Of a DNA stretch of 64,000 nt, positions 20,015 through 27,050 are shown piece after piece. The stretch comes from Candidatus Levyibacteriota bacterium (GTDB lineage: Bacteria > Patescibacteriota > Microgenomatia > Levybacterales > UBA12049). The stretch lies in the NCBI GenBank assembly GCA_043807135.1, contig JAZDGF010000001.1, forward strand, positions 68,573-132,572. Direction: 5' to 3'. How positions within the stretch are numbered: the first letter of the stretch is position 1; each line of letters begins with the position of its first letter. The position numbers and the translations under genes are program-made. The notes beneath the pieces are model-generated. The model did not search any database, had not been told where the DNA came from, and saw nothing but the letters and a program-made list of their open reading frames with translations.

Positions 20015-20260
20015 CAGAAACCCTTCGGTCGCTCCAAGTCCCACCCACTATCCTCAATTAGCTTGATGGGGCTTGCTAAAAAAGCGAGGAAGAACGCAGT
20101 TGTCCCAAACATAGCCTGTAAGAGTGAAAAACGCCGAAAATACCCCTAAGGTATTTACTCTTGGTTCTAAGCTTTTGCAGAAAGCGCTATTTTTAGCCAT
20201 ATTTTTGAACTATCTTCATTCGAATCTTGTTTTCCCTAATGAAGTTTCCTGTTGGAGGAT

Positions 20261-20443
20261 TTACTGAAGATTAAGTTGTCTGTCTCTCAAATCAAATTTT
20301 GAAGTTACTCCTTTTAAGATTTTAATTCGTTCTTCAGGAGTTCCGAACTGCAAAACATGGAGAAGATATTCTTTGAGCATCTCAGTCTGTGTTTCGGTAT
20401 ATTCTCTAGGGCTCTGGTTGCCAGTATTATGAGGAAATATTTC
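20261..20443 (-). pseudogene. C-terminal remnant resembling a CPR large serine recombinase
   Basis: Open frame bounded upstream by an in-frame stop: EIFPHNTGNQSPREYTETQTEMLKEYLLHVLQFGTPEERIKILKGVTSKFDLRDRQLNLQ*; resemblance from memory of family C-termini; points toward tRNA-Ser. Confidence 0.45.
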
Positions 20444-20501
20444 TTAAGATGCGCTTATTTTTAAGCGCTTTAATTTAAGGAAGCAACGTCATAACTTCTA
20501 A

Positions 20502-21212
20502 CTATAAATCGCCTTTAGGGAGAATAGAAATTTCTTTTTCTGTCGTATAGTCCAGTATAAACGCATGACGTTCTTTTGTTATCGGCTGCATAATGGCAGG
20601 AACATTATTTGCGAAAAGTATATCAATCATTTGTTCTACAGTGTTTGTATTAAACGGACCGTATTTTAATTCTATTTTAACTCCTAATTGTCTGTCCGGA
20701 GTACTTAATAAACAGATGTGTTTTATAAGGTCTTCAAATTTTGCAGACATTTTTGTTGTTAATTCTCCTTCGTTTGGGTCAAAAACCAAATTAAATTCTT
20801 TTCCAAATATATTTTCATGCAAAATAAATCCATGCTCTCCATAAACAGTTCCGGAAAAATCATTCGCGTCTATATCGAACAAATCTGTACCTTCATTAAA
20901 TGCAAGATCAATGTCTGCTATGGTGTTTCCGGCTCTATGTGTGTATTCATACATGCTGTCAGGATTTAAAAAACCTGAGGAATTATTTATGCGTACGTTT
21001 CCGTCACGCGGATTTATTACTTCTGCATATTCTTTTTGAATAGGAGTTGTATTGGGGGGAAACATGCGGCCTCCTCCTTCCAATAATACTTTTATTCCGA
21101 CCTCAGTTCCGAGAAATGAAGCGGCTATTAAGACATACGCAAAATTTCTTCTGCTGCGTCTTAATTGCTCTATGGTTTTTGGTTTTTGTGGTTTTCTAAA
21201 TCGTTCTAACAT
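20502..21212 (-). CDS. Membrane-anchored protein with GDPD/PLC-like phosphodiesterase-type domain
   Basis: Basic N-terminus + TM, then THRAGN, DLFDIDA, GEHG, VKIELK resembling the GDPD HRG / E.D / H / IELK pattern. Confidence 0.55.
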   Translation of the reverse strand: MLERFRKPQKPKTIEQLRRSRRNFAYVLIAASFLGTEVGIKVLLEGGGRMFPPNTTPIQKEYAEVINPRDGNVRINNSSGFLNPDSMYEYTHRAGNTIADIDLAFNEGTDLFDIDANDFSGTVYGEHGFILHENIFGKEFNLVFDPNEGELTTKMSAKFEDLIKHICLLSTPDRQLGVKIELKYGPFNTNTVEQMIDILFANNVPAIMQPITKERHAFILDYTTEKEISILPKGDL

Positions 21213-21410
21213 AGGGATGAATAGTAACAAAAACATTAAATCAAAACAAGCCTGGCTAGATAATGGGAGTTAGGGGTTGAATTACTCAATCAAACTCCGG
21301 GCATTAGTGCAAATTATTCTTGGCAACGCCCTAATTGCTGCGAGCCAATTTCTTTTAGGCCAGCATTATCTATAACAAAATACAAAGACGCACCTTCAAA
21401 ATTACCCCTT

Positions 21411-21536
21411 TTAACCCCTAGCTTTTTTCCTACCATTCTTAAATCGCTTTATTGAATTTCCATAATTTACTTTAAGTACAAAAGCAACACATGCAACAGC
21501 ACAACTTAGAATATCTTCTTGCCTTGCGGGTTTCAT
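21411..21536 (-). pseudogene. Truncated C39-like cysteine peptidase N-terminus
   Basis: MKPARQEDILSCAVACVAFVLKVNYGNSIKRFKNGRKKARG*; Q-x5-C-x2-AC pattern, but no downstream His/Asp segment. Confidence 0.45.
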
Positions 21537-21657
21537 TGGAAGATTGTAGAATTTATATATTTATTAACAAGAGGCAAAATAGCTTCTAACGTCGCCCATC
21601 CCACAGAGCAATTAGTAATTGTATCAAACTATATCATCTGTTGAAACACCTTTTTAT

Positions 21658-21689
21658 AGTGTCTCATTTAGCCTCTGTGATGAGACACT
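21658..21689. repeat. Perfect 10-bp inverted repeat with 12-bp spacer
   Basis: AGTGTCTCAT-ttagcctctgtg-ATGAGACACT. Confidence 0.8.
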
Positions 21690-21833
21690 GAAGTTGCAGT
21701 TATAAGGATCAGAATCTAGGGATTTGATACAATACTACTCACGGAGCTTATGGGATATTAAGGTTCCAGACCCAGCTGCTCCGCATTGATATTTCTTGGA
21801 AGGTTAAAAGAGGTTTTCAAGTTTTCCTACAGA

Positions 21834-23939
21834 TTACTTAAGATAAATTAGATAAGCTTTTCCATCCGTATAAAAAGCGTCTCCTGAAAAGTTTTTCCCT
21901 TTAGTTGGACTGACAAACTGGATTTTCTTATAATCCTCAATCATTTCTGTTTTTATCAAATCTGAGAATAAATATTCTCTTTCCTTGTCTATCTCAGGAT
22001 CAATTTTATGAGTTATAAACCATTTAATCCTGGTATCATAACTTGCAGTTCCTACATATAATCTCTTTTTATCAAGAGTAAAAATGTCCGTTTTCCAAAA
22101 TCTAGCATGGTGTCTTTCTTTAATCGTATCTTTTCCTGTAGGTTTTTGGAAACCAAAGTCATGAATTTTACTATTCCAAAAAGAAGGAGTTATTGGACCA
22201 GTTGAATAACTTTTATCAAGCAAGGTTGTTTCTAATAATTTTAACAGCGAATAGCGATTTACATAATCTGCCTCAAACCAACCAGCAAAAGAGAAAAATT
22301 CTTTTAATTCATCATCACTTTTTGCGAGAATTAAAAAGCTTATTGGTTCCTGAAGATTTCCTCTTAAGGTTTCAGAATATTTTGAAATGCCTTTTTCATT
22401 AAAGGGATCAAGCGGTGTGGAAGTTAAAATTTTTTCTTCTATGACAATTGCTTTGTTAATCGGTTTATTATATAAAATTCCAAAAGCTATATAAAAAATG
22501 ACTTCTGATAATAAAAGTATAATTAATATTTTTTTAACATTTAACGATAGAGACTTTTTAGAAATTTTCTTTATTGCTTGCTTATAAGTTGCCCATTCAA
22601 AAATAGAAATAGCAATTATTAACCATAAGAGGCCTAAAAGACAACCTCCAATTACATCACTTAAATAATGGAGCCCTAAATACATTCTGCTAAAACCGAT
22701 AAAAAGAATTATTATTAAAGATGTTATTAATACATTTATCTTCTTTTTTCTTCCCTCTCTTGTGCGAAGCAGAACATAAGAAATAAAGCCGTAAAAAGCA
22801 ACCGCGATTGCCGCATGCCCGCTGGGAAAGGAAGTTGAGCTTTCAATAAATATTGCACTACTCGGCCTTGGACGATTAAAAGTAATTTTCCCTAAGGTGT
22901 CAAAAAACTGTGTGCCGAAAATTGCAATCCAAAGTGCAAGAATATATACTCTTTTTCTTAGAATCCAGAAAATAACTGATAAAACAAGACCAAAACTTAT
23001 GATAATTTGCCAATTCCCAAGAAGAGTTATCCAATAAAAAAACTTAATAAATCCATCATCTCTAAAAACATAAAGCAAATTCTCAATTCTAATATCTGTT
23101 CCAAAAATTACTTCGGATAAAACAAATCTCTTTATGAATCCAAAAAATAAAAATAAACAATACAAAAAGGCAATTGTTAAAAATGTTAAGGGTAATCCAA
23201 AAAACACTTTTCTTTTAAAACGGTTTTTTAAAAATGCAAATAATTTTTCATTTTGTTTTGCAAAAGAAGATTTTTCAATTGTTTTTTTAATTAGTACTGC
23301 TAAGAGACTTATTAGCTTGAGGAAAAGCCTTCCTCTTCCTTTGATAAGAGATTGTTTAACTAAATATAAAAAGAGTAAAAATAATGCAATAGATACTATA
23401 AAGATTTGTGCCCTGGTTGCCCAATGTTCTGCCGCTTGCCATGTCTCCCCAAAGCTAAGACCAATAAATAAGTAAAAAATGGCCCAGGAAAATGCAGAAA
23501 TTACATTCCAGAATAAAAATCTTTTAAAATTCATTTTAAACGTTCCGGCAACAAACGGAGTAATTGACCTAAGCGGACCAGTAAATCTTCCCAAAAAAAT
23601 ACTTTTCCCTCCGTGTTTTTTAAAGAAAATTTTTCCTTTTTCAAATCTTGCAATTTTTAAAATTTTGTTTTCTTCTTTAAAAAATCCTGTCCCCTTTCTA
23701 CCTATTAAAAAACTTATTAAGTCTCCTATGGTAGCTCCAAGCATGGCAAGAAAAATAATTAGGGGGATATTTAAAAACTCTTCTGTAAGTAAAAATCCGA
23801 TAAAAATTAAGAAAAAAGAGCCGGGTATAAATAAACCTACTATAACCAGCGACTCAAAAAAAGAGAGCACAAAAACCAAAACATACCAAGGAAAATTGGT
23901 TTGAAAAGAAATTGAACTTAATAAGCTGTATAAATCCAT
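21834..23939 (-). CDS. DedA + PAP2 phosphatase + LssY C-terminal fusion
   Basis: FES...GLFIPG, GD..SF..GR, GRF.GPLR (DedA); K..F.RPRP, SFPSGH, SRMYLG.HY.SDV (PAP2); EPI, RHH.RFW, ASYD, H.IDP.ID.ER (LssY_C). Confidence 0.9.
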   Translation of the reverse strand: MDLYSLLSSISFQTNFPWYVLVFVLSFFESLVIVGLFIPGSFFLIFIGFLLTEEFLNIPLIIFLAMLGATIGDLISFLIGRKGTGFFKEENKILKIARFEKGKIFFKKHGGKSIFLGRFTGPLRSITPFVAGTFKMNFKRFLFWNVISAFSWAIFYLFIGLSFGETWQAAEHWATRAQIFIVSIALFLLFLYLVKQSLIKGRGRLFLKLISLLAVLIKKTIEKSSFAKQNEKLFAFLKNRFKRKVFFGLPLTFLTIAFLYCLFLFFGFIKRFVLSEVIFGTDIRIENLLYVFRDDGFIKFFYWITLLGNWQIIISFGLVLSVIFWILRKRVYILALWIAIFGTQFFDTLGKITFNRPRPSSAIFIESSTSFPSGHAAIAVAFYGFISYVLLRTREGRKKKINVLITSLIIILFIGFSRMYLGLHYLSDVIGGCLLGLLWLIIAISIFEWATYKQAIKKISKKSLSLNVKKILIILLLSEVIFYIAFGILYNKPINKAIVIEEKILTSTPLDPFNEKGISKYSETLRGNLQEPISFLILAKSDDELKEFFSFAGWFEADYVNRYSLLKLLETTLLDKSYSTGPITPSFWNSKIHDFGFQKPTGKDTIKERHHARFWKTDIFTLDKKRLYVGTASYDTRIKWFITHKIDPEIDKEREYLFSDLIKTEMIEDYKKIQFVSPTKGKNFSGDAFYTDGKAYLIYLK

Positions 23940-24025
23940 GTCTCACTATTCTATTCTTTAAGAATTAGTTTTTCAAATTATTGTAGCAAGTTGACTTAAA
24001 TTCTTAAGTGAGCTACATTTAAACT

Positions 24026-24601
24026 ATGACTACCTTTAAAAAGGAAGCTGAGGAGGAAAAGGAAGAGGAAAAGGAAAAAGATATAGCAGATAGATCTTTT
24101 GAAGGAGTAAGAACCCTTCTTTCCTGGAAAGCTCCTGGAAGACCGTTTAGGAAAAGAAGTAAACAATATTATTTAACCAGTATCTTAATTGCTTTTCTAA
24201 TTGAAACCATCTTATTCTTATTCTCTCAATATCTTTTAATGCTAGTTGTTGCATCTTTGCTTTTCCTTGCCTTTGCATTAGCTTCAGTACCTCCACGTGA
24301 TTTTCATTACCGCATAAGCACAGAGGGAATTATGGTTGAAGATCATTTTTTCCTTTGGCAAGAGCTTTATGACTTTTATTTTAAAAAAAATGATCACATA
24401 GATACCCTACATATTGGAACCCATGCTTTTTTTCCAGGAGAAATCACAATTCCTTTTCAAAATATTGACAAAGAGCATCTTAAAAACATTCTTGTTCCCT
24501 TTTTACCTTACAGAGAATTTGTAAAACCAACTTTTATGGAAAAATCCGCAGATTGGCTTACTCATAATTTTCCTCTTGAAAAAACTCATCAAGCATCTTA
24601 A
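24026..24601 (+). CDS. Conserved 2-TM membrane protein (DUF5673/YcxB-like)
   Basis: LLSWKAP.RPF.KR, two TMs, Y.I.TEGI......W.EL..F.F. Confidence 0.65.
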   Translation: MTTFKKEAEEEKEEEKEKDIADRSFEGVRTLLSWKAPGRPFRKRSKQYYLTSILIAFLIETILFLFSQYLLMLVVASLLFLAFALASVPPRDFHYRISTEGIMVEDHFFLWQELYDFYFKKNDHIDTLHIGTHAFFPGEITIPFQNIDKEHLKNILVPFLPYREFVKPTFMEKSADWLTHNFPLEKTHQAS

Positions 24602-24649
24602 GTTGCCCAAGCTCCTATAATACAGTAAAATACGGATGGATTTTAGTTT

Positions 24650-24722
24650 GTACCCGTAGTTCAATGGATAGAACACCTGGTTGCGGTCCAGGCGGTTGGA
24701 GGTTCGATTCCTCTCGGGTACG
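24650..24722 (+). tRNA. tRNA-Arg(GCG)
   Basis: GTACCCG/CGGGTAC acceptor, D-arm GTTC-AATGGATA-GAAC with A20, CCTGG-TTGCGGT-CCAGG, GGTTCGATTCC. Confidence 0.95.
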
Positions 24723-24727
24723 CAAAC

Positions 24728-24814
24728 GGTGGGATGCTGGAGCGGCTTAACAGGCTGGTTTCGAAAACCATGCGGGGCGAAAGTCCCACGGGGGTTCAAA
24801 TCCCTCTCCCACCG
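24728..24814 (+). tRNA. tRNA-Ser(CGA)
   Basis: GGTGGGA/TCCCACC, TGGT-TTCGAAA-ACCA, variable arm GGGGC-GAAA-GTCCC, GGTTCAAATCC. Confidence 0.95.
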
Positions 24815-24826
24815 CAATCTTTAGTT

Positions 24827-25243
24827 ATGAAATTTGAGTTTTCTGCAGGCGGAATTGTTTTTAGGAAAGATGATAATAAAACTTTTGTTCTTGTTTCAAA
24901 ACATTCCGAGCATCACGGATGGGTTTTTCCAAAAGGACTAATTGGAGATAGTATTAAAGGAGAAGATAGAAAAAGCACTGCCTTAAGAGAAGTTAAAGAA
25001 GAAACAGGTATTAATGCAAAAATTCTAAAATCTTTAAATCCTGTTTTCTACTTTTATATTTGGGAGGGAGAAAAAATTAAAAAAACCGTTTATTATTTTT
25101 TAATGGAATACTTATCAGGAGACTTTGAAGAAAGGGACTTTGAAATGGAAGAAGTTAAGTGGATTTTAAAAGAAAACGTTGAAAAAAGACTAACTTACAA
25201 ATCAGACAAAAAAGTTTGGCAAGAAGCAAAAGTTGATTTATAA
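24827..25243 (+). CDS. NUDIX hydrolase (Ap4A hydrolase-like)
   Basis: EFSAGG, W.FPKG, Nudix box G-x5/7-E-x5-ALREVKEETG; true start ATG 24827 downstream of the tRNA. Confidence 0.92.
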   Translation: MKFEFSAGGIVFRKDDNKTFVLVSKHSEHHGWVFPKGLIGDSIKGEDRKSTALREVKEETGINAKILKSLNPVFYFYIWEGEKIKKTVYYFLMEYLSGDFEERDFEMEEVKWILKENVEKRLTYKSDKKVWQEAKVDL

Positions 25244-25254
25244 TATAAAGCCTT

Positions 25255-25341
25255 GGAGGGATCGCATAGTGGCCTAGTGCGCGCGCTTGGAAAGCGCGTA
25301 TGCCCGTAAGGGTATCGCGGGTTCAAATCCCGCTCCCTCCG
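25255..25341 (+). tRNA. tRNA-Ser(GGA)
   Basis: GGAGGGA/TCCCTCC, CGCGC-TTGGAAA-GCGCG, variable arm ATGCCC-GTAA-GGGTAT, GGTTCAAATCC. Confidence 0.96.
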
Positions 25342-25381
25342 CAACTTGACACGGAATATAAAATAATTCAAACTATACTTA

Positions 25382-26983
25382 ATGAAAACTGCCCGGTTTA
25401 TTAAGTTTTTTGTTGTTTGTCTATTTTTGGTTTTATTTCTCTTTTCCACTCAAAAACAAGCTTTTGCGCAAAATTATAATTATCAACCACGTTCAAGTTA
25501 TACAACTCCAGTAACAAATCCTGATGTTCCAAAAAATCTCCATACCTATAGTCAAAGTGTAATTATTGAACTTATGTCCTCTGTTTCTTGTCTTGTAGTA
25601 GGAGTTGACCCAGTTTCTGTAAATAGAAAATGCCTTGGAATAGATACTAATACGGGAAAAATCGGTTATGTAGAAAAAAATGGAGGACTTATTGGAGTCT
25701 CTGCTAATCTTATTGCAATGACTTATAAAATCCCAATCCATACCTCTGATTATGTAGATTATATGGCTAGTAATTTTGGTGTTACCAAAAGCGCTTATGC
25801 ACAGGATACCGGAGTTGGTTTTGAAGGAATAAGGCCATTGTTAAGTCTCTGGGTAGTTTTTAGAGACATCGTATATCTATTGTTTGTTATTGTATTTGTT
25901 TTAATTGGAATAGCCATTATGCTTAGGGTAAAAATTGATCCAAGGACTGTTATGTCTATTCAAAATCAGATACCAAGAATTATTGTTGCTTTAGTTTTAG
26001 TCACTCTCTCCTTTGCAATTGCTGGATTTTTAATTGACCTTATGTGGATTTTTACCTTCTTAATAATAAATCTTTTTTCTGATGCAAATATTTCTCCTAA
26101 ATTAAACGCTGCAGAGGTTGGCTCAAAGATTATGGGAAATCCCTTTGTATTTATAAATGATCTTTTAGGATGGGGCGGATTTGGTCTATTAAAAATTCCT
26201 GCATCAATTGGAGTTACTGTTTTTGAAATTTTGGCAAATTTATTAAAGTTTGACTTTGATTTGGGCGGTGGAGTGATAGCTTGGATTCTGAATGCTGTTA
26301 CAAGCCCTATACGTAATATTATAGGCGTGCTTGGCGGAATAGCTGGTTTTCTTGTTATTGCAATTGCTTTGGCAATTGCTTTGTTTAGGCTTTGGTTTAC
26401 TCTTATTCAAGCCTTTGTTATGATTATTTTAGATATTATTATTGCTCCTTTCTGGATTATGTCAGGAGTAATTCCGGGAAGATCAATTGGATTTGGTAGC
26501 TGGTTTAAAGACATTCTTGCAAATTTATCTGCATTCCCTGCTGTTGTTTTTTTGTTTATTCTCACTGAAAGACTTATGAACGCTTATGAAAGCACTACAA
26601 CCTCAGCTCCCTTTGTTCCCCCTCTTTTAGGTGGAACTATTGCCCAGGACTCAATAAAAGGAATTATTGCCTTTGGCATGATTATGGCAAGTCCAAAAAT
26701 TGTTAGCATGATAAAAGCCGCGCTAAAAGCTCCAAAATATGATACATCTTCTGTTATTGGGGGTGCTACTGCTGCAGCTGGAGTAATTGGTCAACCAAGT
26801 AGAGTTGGATGGAATAGACTTACTCGCAGAAGAGATCCGTGGGGCCATTATAGTGAAGGTAAGCTGAGAGGATTAGTTATGGGAAAACCTGGTACAGAAA
26901 ATAGAGCGCAGAAGTGGATAAGAAGGGTTGCTGAGGGAAGTTTTCAAGACGCTAAACAACTTGAGGAACAAAGAAGAAGATAA
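25382..26983 (+). CDS. Polytopic membrane protein, VirB6/TrbL-like T4SS component (putative)
   Basis: Signal peptide, W..FRD.VY..FV..FV..G..IM, IPRIIVAL.LVT.SFAI.G..ID, later LF.L....I.II...I.AP....G.IPG....W.K...NL..FP; Gly/Arg-rich tail; locus context. Confidence 0.65.
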   Translation: MKTARFIKFFVVCLFLVLFLFSTQKQAFAQNYNYQPRSSYTTPVTNPDVPKNLHTYSQSVIIELMSSVSCLVVGVDPVSVNRKCLGIDTNTGKIGYVEKNGGLIGVSANLIAMTYKIPIHTSDYVDYMASNFGVTKSAYAQDTGVGFEGIRPLLSLWVVFRDIVYLLFVIVFVLIGIAIMLRVKIDPRTVMSIQNQIPRIIVALVLVTLSFAIAGFLIDLMWIFTFLIINLFSDANISPKLNAAEVGSKIMGNPFVFINDLLGWGGFGLLKIPASIGVTVFEILANLLKFDFDLGGGVIAWILNAVTSPIRNIIGVLGGIAGFLVIAIALAIALFRLWFTLIQAFVMIILDIIIAPFWIMSGVIPGRSIGFGSWFKDILANLSAFPAVVFLFILTERLMNAYESTTTSAPFVPPLLGGTIAQDSIKGIIAFGMIMASPKIVSMIKAALKAPKYDTSSVIGGATAAAGVIGQPSRVGWNRLTRRRDPWGHYSEGKLRGLVMGKPGTENRAQKWIRRVAEGSFQDAKQLEEQRRR

Positions 26984-27007
26984 GAAGGGTTGCTGAGGGA
27001 AGTTTTC
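26917..27007 (+). repeat. 29-bp perfect direct repeat, 33-bp spacer, spanning the stop codon of the VirB6-like gene
   Basis: GATAAGAAGGGTTGCTGAGGGAAGTTTTC at 26917-26945 and 26979-27007. Confidence 0.95.
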
Positions 27008-27050
27008 CGGCTCAAAGAGATAAAAAACCGTAAAATAAACGTGCTAATTA

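Noticed and set aside
19918-20149. ORFs 19918-20112 (-) and 19934-20149 (+)
   Set aside because: They overlap tRNA-Ser(TGA) and are translations of tRNA sequence.
20060-20165. Possible structured ncRNA after tRNA-Ser(TGA) (CTTGCT/AGCGAG and AAATACC/GGTATTT hairpins)
   Set aside because: Short stems with no recognisable family motif; cannot be supported without covariation data.
20036-20230. attR-like copies of the tRNA-Ser(TGA) 3' end (TCCCACCC at 20039, TTCGAATC at 20219)
   Set aside because: Only 8-bp matches, expected by chance; not enough to call an att site.
24503-25449. ORFs 24503-24817 (-), 25195-25449 (-) and the N-terminal extension of the NUDIX ORF from 24734
   Set aside because: Shadows of tRNA genes; the NUDIX gene starts at ATG 24827.
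26917-27007. Mini-CRISPR (29-bp repeat, 33-bp spacer geometry)
   Set aside because: Only two copies, non-palindromic and purine-rich, the first lies in coding sequence in frame, and there are no cas genes or leader in the window.
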